Origin: Octopus vulgaris
Lineage: Eukaryota
DNA length: 64,000 nucleotides
Reading direction: 5' to 3'
NCBI GenBank assembly: GCA_951406725.2
Contig: OX597815.1
Coordinates: 119,784,001-119,848,000 of the forward strand
Shown here in pieces: positions 1-14,220 of this stretch. Below the pieces are notes generated by a model. It did not search any database, was not told the origin of the DNA, and saw only the letters and a program-made list of their open reading frames with translations. The position numbers and the translations under genes were made by a program. Within the stretch, counting starts at the first letter, position 1. Every line of letters starts with the position of its first letter.

Positions 1-59
1 TCAAAAAGTCATCTTCACACTACAAGAATTAAATATAATAATAATAATAATAATAATAA

Positions 60-90
<31 letters not shown>

Positions 91-171
91 AAGGAGAAGA
101 AGAAAAAGAAGAAGAATGGTAATAATAATAATAATAATAATAGGAACAACAACAATAACAACAATAATAAT

Positions 172-419
172 AAATACAATCCATCAAAATTTGAAATAGG
201 AAGAATTTGGAGTATGTGAACAGTAATGGTCGTGCCTATAAGAATTGGTGTATTGGGAAGAGTAAGCAAAGATATAGACAAATGGCTGAAGGAGATTATC
301 AGGAGGGTTCTAAGCACATGAAAGACTATTGAAAACTTGTGGACACCTAAGGTTACAGGTAGTAACTTACTACCCACATAAATTCTACCAGGAATAAAAC
401 CAAACCTGAGCCAAACCAA

Positions 420-420
<1 letters not shown>
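172..420 (+). mobile_element. 3' fragment of an R4/Dong-like (RLE endonuclease) non-LTR retrotransposon
   Basis: Manual translation KYNPSKFEIGRIWSM*TVMVVPIRIGVLGRVSKDIDKWLKEI..IRRVLST* resembles the C-terminal KY..L..EI.R.W...VP..IGALG motif of R4/Dong elements. Flanked on both sides by (TAA)n. Confidence 0.6.
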
Positions 421-475
<55 letters not shown>

Positions 476-868
476 TAATAAATTCTTTCTAAAAGCCTTA
501 AATTTTTTGTGGGTGGGACTAGTTGATTATATTGACCCCAGTGCTCAATTTGTACCTGTTTTATCAATCCCAAAAGGATGAAAGGCAATATTATGCTAAC
601 AACAACGATAATAATAATAATTATCCTTTCTACTATAGGCACAAAGCCTGAAATTTTTGGGGAGCAGGTGATCAGTCATATTGACCCTAGTTCTTGACTG
701 GTACCTATTTCATTGACCCTGAAAAAATGAAGGGCAAAGCCTGTCTCAGCTGAATTTGAACTCAGAACATAGAGTGAAAAGCTGCTAAGCATCTTGCCTA
801 GCATTCTAATAATTCTACCAGCTTGCCCCCTTTATAATAATAGTAAGAAGAAGAACTACAATTACTGC

Positions 869-902
<34 letters not shown>

Positions 903-912
903 GTAATAAAGG

Positions 913-1320
913 AAAGCTAATCAACCAGATATTGTTGTCAAGGACAACCAGGCAAAGAAATGCCTTCTAATCAATGTATCAGTCCCAGCAGACAATAACG
1001 TATCTAAAAGAAATGAAGAAATAATCCAAATCTAAAGATCTGGAGATAGAGATAACTTGTATGTAGGCCTTGAAAACAGAAACAGTCCCTAGTATGATAA
1101 GTGTATTTGGAATGATTAAATAGAACATGGATAAAAATACACAATCAAAATCTCAGGACTTACAAAATATATATAACTCGCCAAAAATAGCACCATTAAG
1201 GTAGCGTGTACATATTATGTACAGCACTTTCCATCTAGTAAAATTAACAAAACCAAAACAAAACATTGCACATACCCAATGCATATATATCAGTGCTCAG
1301 TAGTGCAATAAGAAGCATGC
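913..1320 (+). mobile_element. Decayed R4/Dong-like RLE endonuclease fragment
   Basis: KANQPDIVVKDNQAKKCLLINVSVPADNNVS / KEMKK*SKSKDLEIEITCM*ALKTETVPSMISVFGMIK, with a PD..(D)..K restriction-like endonuclease layout. Begins directly after a (TAA)n run. Confidence 0.7.
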
Positions 1321-1357
1321 ACTAATATTATTATTATTATTATTATTATTATTGTTA

Positions 1358-1568
1358 AGGCAGCAAGCTGGCAGAATCATTTGCATGCTGAGCAAAATGC
1401 TTAGTGGTATTTCGTCTGTCTCTACGTTCTGAGTTCAAATTTTGCCGAGGTTGACTTTGCCTTCATCCTTTTGGGTCAGTAAATTAAGTATCAGTGAAAC
1501 ACTGGGGTTCATGTAATTGGCTAGTCCCTTCCCCCCAAATTTCAGGCCTTGTACCTTTAGTAGAAAAG

Positions 1569-1570
<2 letters not shown>
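1358..1570 (+). mobile_element. tRNA-headed SINE family A (GAGGTCGACTTTGCCTTTCATCCTTT core)
   Basis: Box A-like TGGCAGAAT and box B-like GAGTTCAAAT followed by the shared core. Other copies at about 624-830(-), 2945-3182(-), 3190-3405(-), 6028-6232(-), 10274-10508(-), 15360-15720(-), 22534-22750(+), 28508-28910(+, two), 29244-29460(+), 38080-38217(-), 44693-44900(+), 50481-50692(+). Confidence 0.85.
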
Positions 1571-1601
<31 letters not shown>

Positions 1602-1626
1602 TATATTATCATTATCATTATCATCA

Positions 1627-1670
<44 letters not shown>

Positions 1671-2344
1671 GTTTAAAGTCATTCCATTATATGTAAGCCC
1701 CCCCCCCCAATTTTTGCTCGTTTTTTTTTTTGCCCCCCCCCCTCATACTTTGCCCTGGTGGTAAATAAAGAAATCATCATCATCATCATCATCATTATTA
1801 TTACATCATGAAATGTTTATTTATTTCAATTTATTTTCCTTTCACTTACAGCACGACTAAAGTTTCTTAAAAAATGATTGAAACCAGTTGCATATTTTGA
1901 TAAAATTGTAAACATTTTCTTTCTTTTATTCATGATGGAGTTCTCAAAGTATCTACTCATATGAAACATCTTGATCTTTTCAAAATTTATAAACACACAT
2001 ATATACATACATATACGTGCATGTGTGATTGTGTGCATATGCATGTATGTATGTATGTATGTATGTATGTATGTATGTATGTATGTATGTATGTGTTCAT
2101 GTGTGTGTATATATATATGTGTGTGTGTATGTATATATATATGTATATATAAATTCTTTTATTCTATTATTCTTTCATTTGTTTCAGTCATTTGGCTGTA
2201 GCCATGCTGGAGCACCGCCTTTACTCGAGCAAATCGACTCCAGGACTTATTCTTTGTAAGCCTAGTCTCTTTTGCTGAACTGCTAAGTTATGGGTATGTA
2301 AACACAGCACCATTGGTTGTCAGGCAATGTTAGTGGGGACAAGC

Positions 2345-2560
<216 letters not shown>

Positions 2561-2944
2561 TTATACAAACAGGGGAATAGAACTCAATGCATAGAGTACA
2601 TTATTTATTTCATCTTGTTTATAGCCAAGAAAATTTCAAAAGTATGTCATCATATACAATCTAAAGTTTCAATGATTAGAGACTTCTTAGATGAAATATA
2701 ATATTATACCTTTTATAAAATACAAAAAGCTGTTAGGGACACTCCAAACCTAAAGTATCCACATCACACTTTTGAAGTAAGACACTTGAGTGATTATCTG
2801 CTTCTGATTTAGTAACCAACATAGCTATAGGTTTTACTTACACTCCTAGTTTCAACCACAGTGAATATACCTTATAAAGAAAATTGATGATGAAAAATAC
2901 AATGGACAAAGTGCTAAATATGTCACACAAGCACAGTATATTCT

Positions 2945-3182
2945 TTTCTTATTCCTTTATTGCCCACCAGGGGCTAAACATGGAGGGGACAAACAAAGAC
3001 AGACAAAGGGATTAAATCGATTACATCGACCTCAGTGCGTAACTGGTACTTAATTTATCGACCCTGAAAGGATGAAAGGCAAAGTCGACCTCGGTGAAAT
3101 TTGAACTCAGAATGTAACGGCAGATGAAATACCGCTAAGCATTTTGCCCGGCATGCTAACGTTTCTGCCAGCTTGCCACCTG
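2945..3182 (-). mobile_element. SINE family A, variant with a Tx1/L1-like 3' tail
   Basis: Family A head and core. The tail TTTGTCCCCTCCATGTTTAGCCCCTGGTGGGCAATAAAG resembles the 3' end of the LINE at 46418-47230. Confidence 0.75.
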
Positions 3183-4173
3183 TTTAGTATATTCTTTTCT
3201 ACTCTGGGCACAAGGCACAAAATTTTTGGGCAGCGATGCCAGTCGATTAGATCGACCCCAGTACACAACTGGTACTTAATTTATTGACTCTAAAAGGATG
3301 AAAAGCAAAGTCAACCTTGCCAGAATTTGAACTCAGAACATAAAGACAGATGAAATACCACTAAGCATTTTGCCTGGTGTGCTAACGTTTCTGCCAGCTT
3401 GCCTCCTTGCAAGCACAGTATATCATAAAAGAACAAATATATTCAATATTCATGATATTCCATTATTCTATGTGTTTTGTTTCATGAAGTTTTGACAATG
3501 ATAAAAACCGTGTTTTTCTTTTTCTTTTTTAAAGAATAACAATCAGATGTAGCTGTGTGGTTAAGAAGTTTGCTTCTCAGTAATGTGGTTTCAGGTTCAG
3601 TTCCATTGCTTGCACTTTCTGACCAAAGTCTTGTGAGTGGAATTGGTAGATAGAAACTGAAAGAAACCTATCATGTATGTGTGTGTGTGTGTAGGGGGCG
3701 TGCATTTGTGTGCATGCATGCGTGTGTATGTATTATATATCTATATACACACACCAGATGTGGCTGTGTGGTAAGATGTTTGCTTCTCAAAAACATCATT
3801 TGTGGTTCAATCCTACTGCATGGCATATTGGGCAAGTGTCTTTCAGTGTAGCTCTAGGCTGACAAAAGCTTTTTTAGTGGATTTAGTAGACAGAAACTGA
3901 AAGAAACCCATCATATATATATATATGTTGGCATGTAAAAAGCACCATTCTAATGTGGCCGATGCCAGTTCCACCTGACTGGCTTCCATGCTAGTGGCAC
4001 ATAAAAGCACCCGCTACACTCTTGGAGTGGTTCACGTTAGGAAGGACATCCAGCTGTAAAAACCTTGCTAAATCAGACTGGAGCCTGGTGCAGCTTCTCA
4101 GCTTGCCAATTCTCAGTCAAACCATCTAAACCTTGCCAGCATGGAAAGCGGATGTTAAACAACGATGATGATG

Positions 4174-4227
<54 letters not shown>

Positions 4228-4453
4228 AAAGAGAGAGGGAGAGAGAGAGAAATACTTTATTTGTTGGTTAACAAGGCAACCAATGGTTTCATGTACGAAG
4301 ATCTCCACAATTGTTTGAGCATGTCACAAGGAAGTATTGGTGTGTTTGTGTTTGTGTATGTCCTCCACCACCACTTGACTGCTGGGGTTGATTTTGGTGC
4401 TCCAACATGGCCCTAGTTCATTGACTGAACAAATAAAAAAAATATAAAATATA

Positions 4454-4506
<53 letters not shown>

Positions 4507-6612
4507 GTGTGTATGTGTGTGTGTGTGTCTGTGTCCTCAGCTTGACATTGTTTGCTAGCTGTAAATTAGTGTCACTACCATACAAGTGGTGTCATTCATT
4601 TCCAATCTTCCATGAAAACATATCCAGTTATGGGGAAACATTACATTAGCCTACTTGGAAACAAGTTGAGGTTGATGACAAGTAAAATGTCTGACTGTAG
4701 AATATTTACTTCAACAAATTTCATATGACACATGCAAGAATTGAAAAGTGGACATCAAAATAATGATGATGGTATTTAGCTTAAATTTGTGTTTTGTAAC
4801 AAGGACTGTTAGCCATACAGCTCAGTTTTGTGAAGTGTGTGGAAATGAACATATTACATTTTTTCACAGCTTTTAATCAGTTTGCTATGAATTCCTGAAT
4901 AGCATGGGTTTCGTTTCCTTTATTTTCTTCTTTTACTACTTTCAGCCTGCTACACTTTCACAATTTGAAACCTTGTCTGATATGTGACATTTGGTGAATT
5001 AGGGAGTTTGATGGTGCTGTCTTTGTCTGCCTTTCCTGCTATGAGGTAGGTTTATCTGGAACTCTTGAAAGAAAGAGATCCAGTTTTGCTTTGAAGACAC
5101 TTATATACACACCACGTTGGTCTCTCTGGCTTTTGGGAGGATATTAAAGAGCTGTGGGCCCTTGAAACCTAAGCTGTTACAATGCTGGGATCTTTGGCAC
5201 AATGCAATGGTGCTTCATTCTGCTGTTTGCATAACATTCAACGGCAAAATTTGGTACAAGTCCTCCCAGGATTTTCCAGCCAGTGCTGCCTTGACTGGCT
5301 TCCGTGCCGGTGGCACGTAAAAAGCACCAACTGATTGTGGCTGTTGCCAGCCTCTTCTGGCTCCTGTGCCGGTGGCACATAAAAAACATCCACTACACTC
5401 ATAGATTGGTTGGCGTTAGGAAGGGCATCCAGCTGTAGAAACACTGCCAGATCAGACTGGAGCCTGGTGCAGCCTCCTGGCTTCCCAGACCCCAGTTGAA
5501 CCATCCAACCCATGCTAGCATGGAAAATGGACGTTAAACGATGATGATATCATTGCATTTCTTTCACACCTTCATTCTAGGGAGTAGGGCCTTAACCTCT
5601 TTAATCTCTTCTAGTAGCTGATATGTTGAAAAAAGTAGATTTTTCTGCTGAACTCTTTTGGCACTGATCTCCCAAATTTGAAGATGAAACAGAGGTTGTT
5701 TTTACCAGTCAGATCAATATCATCATCATTTAATGTCCACTTTCCATGCTGGCATGGATTAGACAGATTGACTGAAACTGGAAAGCCAGAGGACTGCACC
5801 AGGTTCCAGTCTGATTTGGCATGGTTTCTGCAGTTGGATGCCCTTCCTAACACCAATCACATTAAGAGTGTAATGGGTGCTTTTTACACGTCACTGGCAC
5901 AGGTGCCATTAACATGATACTGGCAATGGCCGTAACTACAATTCCATGGGTGCTGTTTACATGACACTAGCAAAGGCCACATCAATGATTTCACTTGGCT
6001 TGATGAGTCTTCTCAAACACCACATATCCTTTCTACTACAGGCACAAGGCCTGAAATTTTGGGGAGAGGGATAGTTGATTACATCAATCCCAGTACTCAA
6101 CTGGTACTTAATTTATCGACCCTGAAAGGATGAAAGGCTATGTTAACCTCAGTGGAATTTGAACTCAGAACATAATGGCATACAAAATACTGCTCAGCAT
6201 TTCGCCCAGCATGCTAACATTTCTGCCAGCTCGATATCACCAAAGGTCTTGGTAACTGGTCATTGTCTCCATGAGGCCCAGTTACGTTTTGCTCAGGAGC
6301 ACCACATTGTTTATAGTAAGGTATAAAACTATGTCTATGTGGTCAGTAGTGTAGCAGCTCCACCTCAGGGTCATTTACTTATGTCACATACATTTAAAAA
6401 AGAAAAAAGAAAGAAAGAAAGCAAAGCAAGTATCTTTATCCTTTACTTGTTTCAGTTACTGGACAATGTCCATAATGGGGCACTGCCTTGAAGGGTTTGT
6501 TGAACAAGCCGACCATGCTACTTAGGTTTTGCTAAACTGCTAAGTTACAGGGATGCAAACAAACCAACACCTGTTGTCAAGTGGTGATGGGCTGACAAAT
6601 ACAGACACTATA

Positions 6613-6651
<39 letters not shown>

Positions 6652-8715
6652 TACATATGTATGATGGGCTTCCATACAGTTTCCATCTACCACAATCACT
6701 CATTCAAATACAGGAGCTAAAGTAGAAGACTCTTGCTTGAGGTTCCACGCAATAGGACTGAACCTGAAACCACATGGCTCGCAAAGCAAGCTTCCTAATT
6801 ACATAGCCATGCATCTCTCCTAATTTAGTAGAAGAAATATTTAACATAATATCAACATAATATTAACCAACAAATTAAGAAACAGGAAATTTTTCTCTAG
6901 TCGGTTGGTATCTGATTGTGTTTTGCACTACTAACAACTAGCCACCAATAACTGAAAAAAATTGTGTTACCATATACCTATGTGTGTAAACATATTTCTA
7001 TTGATTTGCTTTCGGTATCACTTCTTTTCTCTTTTTTTTTTAATTTATATTTAGCATAGCTCATCCAATATATGACATATAATATACATGGATTATGTTT
7101 TTTTTTGTTACCAAATAACTGGCTAATAAAGGAAAATTTCCCTAAACAATAACCTCTCACTACACCACAAAGAGCCCCAAGGTTTTTATGTCATTTAGTA
7201 ATAATGCATTAACAAATTAAGTTTTTTTAGCTTCAGTAGTTTTTGCGATACCAAAGCCAATGTTTAAGCAATCAATCAAGAAAAAATAATTGGATATAAC
7301 TAAAGCGCCTAATTTTTTTTTTGTGGAATGACAGGACAAAAGTACCAAGGAACACTGTTTGCATGAAAAACATATAGTTAAGTGGAGGTTAGCATACTTA
7401 ATGTAACACTTCAAAAAATATTTAATTAACAAAAAATTCCACTCATATGAGTAGAAATATATGTATATCATAAGCTTCAAGGATTAATTCCTAACAAGAA
7501 AGTCAAAGGAGACAATTCTGAAATATAAATGAATTAAAATCTAATCAGATTGAATAATTGAAGTTAATGATTTTTTTTATTAACTAAACATTTATTGACT
7601 AATTACATTTACATTGTTAATCTCCAGTTTACTATATAAGTTTTTAGTAATTTTATTTGCTGGATTTTCAGGTCACTCATAAGTGCTACTGATAACATGT
7701 AAGTTCAGTAACATATGTTTCTGGGTTGCGTTGTTGGCAAATAAAGCAGTTTTGCCTGGTGAAGAGGGTTACTAGAAACCCAGTAGGACTAAAAACAATA
7801 CTTGTCAAAAGAATGGATGATCCCAATGTAGAGCTAATGACTATGTAACAATATCAGAGATACTTAGTTATTTGAACCTAGCATGCAGTAATCACAGGAA
7901 GTTAGGCACTTATTAGTTTGTCTATAGGAGAAGGAACTACTGTGTCCATAATTATGCCAACAGTATATGTGGGTCTGGCATCGACAGCATGGGAAGATGA
8001 CCAGACCTGAAAGGCAACTCTAGAAGTATAAAACCTCCCTGATTGTGAGTGCCTGTGAAGAGGTGAAAGTTAAGGGAGATAGACTTGATAGTAAATTAGG
8101 TTGGAAGAGAGCTCAAGGCCCACACACTCTATTCATCCTGAAGAGAGCATGGAGATGCAATGAAATAGTCATGTCTGAGGTTCATGACATAAGGATAGGA
8201 ATACTCATTTTCATATGTTGGACAGGATAATAATGGTCATTAACTTTGATGCCATCACCATCGAAGGGTTTTTGACATCTGGCATTTGCAAAATTTGGGC
8301 TAATAGTCTGTGAGGCATTCCTCTGAAGCAGGTAGGGTTCTTTACGACTGAATGGACAGAAGCAACATGAAATGTAGTGCATAACCATTGGACACTATAA
8401 GCTATCCAGTCTGGGAATTGAAACTGCAACAATATAATTATGAATCCAGCAGCCTGACTGCTAAGCCATGATGGGAATAGTGCAAAAATCATTCTATTTA
8501 AAATTGCAACAAATTTTTTTCAGATATCAATGAATTTCAAATTTAACAAATAAAATAAATGATCTACAGTGATGCAGTCACTTGAAAATTTTTACCGATA
8601 CATCACATGCATTTTGTTTGTATTTTGTGACTGTAATAAAAATAAATGTCATATGACCTTTGCTATGATAAATTCAAATGTGTAAACTACTGAGAAGTGA
8701 AATTATGTACATTGT

Positions 8716-9055
8716 ATGTGGCTTAGTGGTTAGGGTGCTTGGTTAATGATCATAAGATTGTGTGTTTGATTCCCAGCAGGGCAGTGTGTTCTTGAACAAG
8801 ACACTTTCTTTCACATTGCTCCAGTCCACTCAACTAGCAAAAATGAACAGCACTTGTATTTCAAAGGGCCAGCCTTGTCACATTCTGTGTCAAATTGAGT
8901 CACCCTGACAACAACATTAAGGGTGCATATGCCTGAGAACTATGTTAAGAGTGCATGTGTCTGGAGTGCTCAGCCATTTGCTGATTAATTTCACAAGCAG
9001 GCTTTTCTCTTGACCAGATCTACTGGAATCTTTTTCATCATAACTGACAGAGGAC
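8716..9055 (+). mobile_element. tRNA-headed SINE family D (TGGCTTAGTGGTTAGG head)
   Basis: tRNA-like boxes A and B, then TTTCACATTGCTCCAGTCCACTCA. Related copies at about 24805-25000, 28935-29230, 33670-33915, 33925-34225, 48036-48352, 49685-49958(-), 18885-19012(-), 37400-37560(-), 53230-53450(-). Confidence 0.75.
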
Positions 9056-9225
9056 CCAAAAGAATAGCCCTCTGAAGTGCAAGGAGATAACTAGTGTCCT
9101 GTACCTGAACTTCACATTCAGCACACACATGTATACACACCCACAAAACCCTCTAGGACCCCACATATTTCAAATGAGAAAAGAATGACCGAAAACTATT
9201 TCATGGAAATACCTAAAATTTTGGA

Positions 9226-9434
9226 TTATATTTGGAACTGGCCTGTCAGGGAATTTAATTCCAATAAGACATTACAGTTGCTGTCAGCTGCCGAAGAACC
9301 ATGCTCCTTTATTTGAGGCACATCACTAACTCTTTTCATTCGACATCTTTTATTTCCAGCTATTTTTTTTGGATATGTTTGATCAATCTCCTGTTGATCT
9401 TCATCTGAACCTTCAAAACTTTGCAGTACCTCAT
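9226..9434 (-). CDS. Candidate host exon, unknown protein
   Basis: Acceptor tttttaacag at 9436-9435. Open frame (D)EVLQSFEGSDEDQQEIDQTYPKKIAGNKRCRMKRVSDVPQIKEHGSSAADSNC... to TAA at 9228-9226. In phase with the candidate exon at 10870-11053. Non-repetitive sequence; no homology recognised. Confidence 0.3.
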
Positions 9435-9514
9435 CTGTTAAAAATGGTTTATGCTATTTTTTTGTTTTCTCCTTTGAAGTGTTTGGATGTTGGGAGCTTT
9501 GTTGGTGGGGCTTC

Positions 9515-9742
9515 ATCATCATTGTAAACATCATCATCATCATCACCATCATCATCATTGTTATCATAAACGTTGTCAGTGGTGTCAGTGTTGGTGCTAT
9601 TGCTGCTGCTGCTTCTGCCACTGCCTCTGCCACTGCTTCCATCACTGCCTCTGCCGCCTCTGCTGCCTCTGTCACTGCTGCCACCTTCATCCCCCCCCAC
9701 CACCACCAACCCCACCGCCGCCGCCGCCACCACCACCACCAT
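9515..9742. repeat. Mosaic trinucleotide repeat (CAT/GCT/GCC/CCA)
   Basis: Seen directly; gives low-complexity ORFs in all frames. Confidence 0.85.
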
Positions 9743-9943
9743 CATTGTTTCAATGCCACTTTTTCATGCTTGCAGAGTTTATTGCAGCAAATGTCCAACA
9801 ACTAGATACCTTTCCTGTCACCAACTCTTGTCTGTTTCTAAGCAAGGTAACATTTCCCTATGACCAGAGATGGAAATTAATGATATTCATTTATTACAAT
9901 GAGGAGATGCCAAAACAAGGAGACATAAACACACACACACACG

Positions 9944-10007
<64 letters not shown>

Positions 10008-10869
10008 CACACACACACACATGCACACACACACACATCATTATCATCATCATCAATAATGAACAATAAATGCAAAAGCAAAAACAACAAACGTCAAAGG
10101 GATGTTCACCATGGATATTATCAGTTTGATGCTTGATGTGAAGTTTTAGAGGGTAACTTAAAAGCTAAAATATGATGTTTGAGCATAGATTTTCATCAGA
10201 TAGTTGAAAGGAGACCAGAGAAAAGGAAAAAGTGGAAGGAAGAGGAGGTGGGAATGGATTTCTTTCAGTTTCTTATTTCTTTATTGCCCACAAGCTGGCT
10301 AAACATAGAGGGGACAAACAAGGACAGACAAACGGATTAAGTCGATTACATCGACCACAGTGCATAACTGGTACTTAATTTATCAACCCCGAAAGGATGA
10401 AAGGCAAAGTCAACCTTGGCAGAATTTGAACTCAGAACGTAATAGCAGACGAAATACTGCTAAGCAATTTGCCCAGTCTGCTAACATTTCTGCCAGCTCG
10501 CCGCCTTTAATTTTTTTTTTCTTGCATCAAGTCTGGATAACTTCAGCAGCAAAGCTTCTTCAGTTTCTGTCTATCAAATCCATGCGCAATACTTTGGTTG
10601 GCTCAGGCTATAGTAGAAGGCACTTGTCAAAGGAGCCATGCAATAGGACTGAACCCAGAACCATGTGGTTGGGAAACAAACTTCTTAACCACACAGCAAT
10701 ACCTGTGCCTGGTCAGAAAGTTGGAGTAAAACATTAAAAAAAAAAACACCACCTAATATAGCATCATCTGCTTTCTGTGAGCAAACATTTGTATACAAAC
10801 TTGCTCTGCACCGACAACCTAGCTTTATCCTTATTGAATGGTGTATTTTTTATTTGACTGGATTTTAAC

Positions 10870-11053
10870 CTGGGGTTAACCAATTCCGACAATAACCAAT
10901 TTCTGCATTATCAGGAATTTGAATTAGCATCAAGTCTGAAATTCTTTCAAACCCAGAAATACAGCCTGAGGAAGTTAAAATTTTGTCTGTTATTTGTATT
11001 ACAGGGTGATGTTTAATGCAACAAGGTATTCCTATTAGAGAATCAAATCTCAT
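10870..11053 (-). CDS. Candidate first coding exon, unknown protein
   Basis: ATG-initiated non-repetitive ORF MRFDSLIGIPCCIKHHPVIQITDKILTSSGCISGFERISDLMLIQIPDNAEIGYCRNWLTP ending at a CAG|GTTAAA donor (phase 1). No homology recognised. Confidence 0.3.
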
Positions 11054-14000
11054 TTAACAGCTGTTCACTTCGAAGAGAAGGAGAATTCAGGATTAGCTAC
11101 TTCAGTTTACAAAGTTTATAATTTGTATTTCAAACTGACTGTGAATCCCTAAAAAGATGGAACTAGTTGGCAGTCCCACAGCTTCCTTGTTGTTTTATTA
11201 TGTTACTTTTATCTTTTATCTTTCACTGGTTTCAGTTATTAGACAGTGGCCATGCTGGGGCACCACCTCGAAGAATTTTTAGTCGAATGAATTGACCTGG
11301 TACTTAATTCTTTCGTTAAATCTGGTACTTATTCTATTGGTCTCTCCTGCTGAAGTGCTAAGTTACAGGGATGTAAACACACCAACACCAGTTGTCAAGT
11401 GATGGTGGGAGACAAACACACACACACACGATGGGCTTCTTCCAGTTTCCATCTAACAGATCCACTCACAAGGCTTTGGGCAGCCCAAAGTTATAGTAGA
11501 AGACACTTGCCCATGGTGCCATGCAGAGGGACTGAACTCAGAATCATGTGTTAGGAAGCAAGCTTCTTACCTTACAGCCATGCCTGAGCCTATTCTACAA
11601 AATAATGTTCTAGTAATTACAAATGTGTGTACACATACATGCACATAACTGGTTGTATCTGCACCCTTCACCCTGCCCCCACATAAATGCACTTACCATA
11701 TATGTTTGCGATATATCTTTTTCTATATGAACCAACATCAGAACCTCTTCATGGTCACTCAATCTGCTAGAGAGAGCAGTCACACCACCCTCAAATCCTA
11801 CCCTACTTAAAAATAAAGGAGAAATATAATAAATGGTTGTTCCTGATATTTTTGTGTTTATGATGAAAAGGAGTATGTTGAAGGAGATTTGGCTGCTATT
11901 TCTAACAGATTAAGTAGGTACTATTTTATTCTTTTATTTGTTTCAATCATTTGACTGCAGCCATGCTGTAGCATTGCCTTGAAGTGTTTTTATTGAATAA
12001 TTCAGCCCCAGGACTTATTCTATCGGCCTCTATGTCGAACCATTAAGTTACAGGGACATAAGTACACCAACAAGTAATGATAAGGAGACAAACACGGACA
12101 CAAAAACAGGCACACATAGATATATATACATATCATCATCGTTTAGCGTCTGCTTTCCATGCTGGCATGGGGTGGATGGTGCAACTGGGGTCTGGGAAGC
12201 CAGAAGGCTGCACCAGGCCCAGTCTGATCTGGCAATGTTTCTATGGCCGGATGCCCTTCCTAACGCCAGCCACACCATGAGTGTAGTGGGTGCTTTTTAT
12301 GTGCCACTGGCACAGGTGCCAGACGAGGCTCAAACTAATACACCTGCTTGTTGTTTATACACCTGTCTTCATCTTTTATTTTTCTGTAAATTTCAACTAT
12401 ATATATATATATGTATGTATGATGGTCTTTTTCCAGTTTCCTCTACCAAATCCACTCACAAGGCTTTGGTCAGCCTGTGGCTATAGTAGAAGACACTTGG
12501 CCAAGGTATCATGAAATGGGACTGAACCCAGAAGCATGTGGTTGGGAAGCAAGCTTCTTACCACACAGCCATGCCTGTGCCTATGTGGAAGATTCCTCAT
12601 TTGTTCAACAATATAAATGTACCACACACACACACACACACACACAATCATACACACACACATATGCTCAAAGATGGTAAAAATAGTAAGAATTACAATT
12701 TCAGGATAATATTTTTAGCACACATAGCAGACATAATGAAAAAAAATACAGAAAACACTTTAAAAATCCACAAATACTTTAAAAGTATTCACAGACATCA
12801 TATGAAACCAAAACAAAGAAACAGTGACACAAGTATGCAAACAAAATCTAAATCGGTGAATGCTGTGTGCTCAAAGTTTTCATTTTCTCAGTTATCTAGA
12901 ATCTGGTTAGTATGAATAACACTGTTTTTCTGATAAGGTCTGATTAAGCTGAAACATGCCTGGAGTTATCACAAAATTTGCCAGTGATCAGATTCCCTTT
13001 CCCCTGTATTCTACTTTTCAATTTTTAATTAAGTTGGATTTTACAGATGTATCATACTAGCTTTCCTGTACAAGAATTAATCATTAAAGCTGATGATTTT
13101 TCTCTTAATTACAATATCTCTAAAATATTTTAAACATGGAACCTTGTGATTGGAAAGCATACCTCTTACCACACTGCAACATCTGGGTTGTTTATTTTTT
13201 GGGCTAACAGGCATAATTTCTGCTGTTTTTTATTCAAAGAAATTAATTTCTGTTAAGGTGTTTACTTGGTAAAAATTTACAATTTTTAGTTTAGTTAGTA
13301 TTTTAAATGTTTAATAAGATACATAAGTTTGGTATTTTTTTGTCAGGAAGGTTAAACTATTGTATCAAATTCATTACATTCATATGAATAATAAACGTTT
13401 AAAACTATTTTATTCACAGTTTTTTTTTACCTGCTTTGATTAATTTTAATCTTTTCATTTTTTGTTCATTTTTCTTATAAATACTTTTGTTGTCATTATC
13501 ATCATCATCAACACTATTCTCACCATCATCATCATCATCATTGTTTATCACCACTGTCATCATCACTAATATCACACTGCTACCATTTCCACTATACTTT
13601 TTGCATCATCATCATCATCATAACCATCTTCTACCCTCCTCCTCCTCCTCCCTTCCTTCCCCTCCACCACTACCATCCCTCCTCCCCCTCCTCCTCCTCA
13701 TCCATCACCTTTTCCTCCTCCTCCTTCACCAACACCACCACTACCTCCTCCGCCTTCTCCTCCATGACTCCACCATCACCTCCTTTTCCTCCTACTCCAC
13801 GACTGCCACCACCATCACTACTACCACTTCCTCCTCCTCCTTCTCTTCATCATCATAGCATCTTGCACTCCTCCTTCTCTGCCTTCTACAACCTGCCCTC
13901 CTCTTCCCATCCTCTCCTCCTACAACCCATCCCTCCTCCTCCTCCATCACTATCATCACCTTCCTCATCATCATCATCATTACTTCCGTTTTCCCATGCT

Positions 14001-14184
14001 TGCATGGGTTGGGTATCTCATGAGCAGCTTTTTATAATTCAGTACGTGTTGGTCCTCTGTCTTGAAGTAGTGTTGGATTTCAGCTATTTAGTTAAAAATT
14101 TCTTTTGAGAGCAAAGCTAGGAAGTATAGTATGTTAAATAATATTAAGATTCCATTCAAGTGGCTTTAAAATATCCAACAGGAA

Positions 14185-14219
<35 letters not shown>

Positions 14220-14220
14220 C

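Noticed and set aside
2710-2870. Two tiny minus-strand exon-like segments (2842-2870, 2710-2749)
   Set aside because: Splice sites are plausible, but I could not join them consistently to a downstream exon.
7990-8500. Non-repetitive stretch with short overlapping ORFs
   Set aside because: No recognisable motif in any frame, and stops in all frames; possibly an old element, but unassignable.
12929-12966. Hammerhead-like CUGAUAA...GAAAC AU GCC (similar remnant at about 51758-51790)
   Set aside because: Core, cleavage triplet and stems are all degenerate; cannot be told from chance.
13490-13985. Ser/Pro/His-rich ORFs
   Set aside because: Low-complexity CAT/CCT repeat expansion adjoining a retroelement tail; the same applies to 9515-9742 and 62997-63195.
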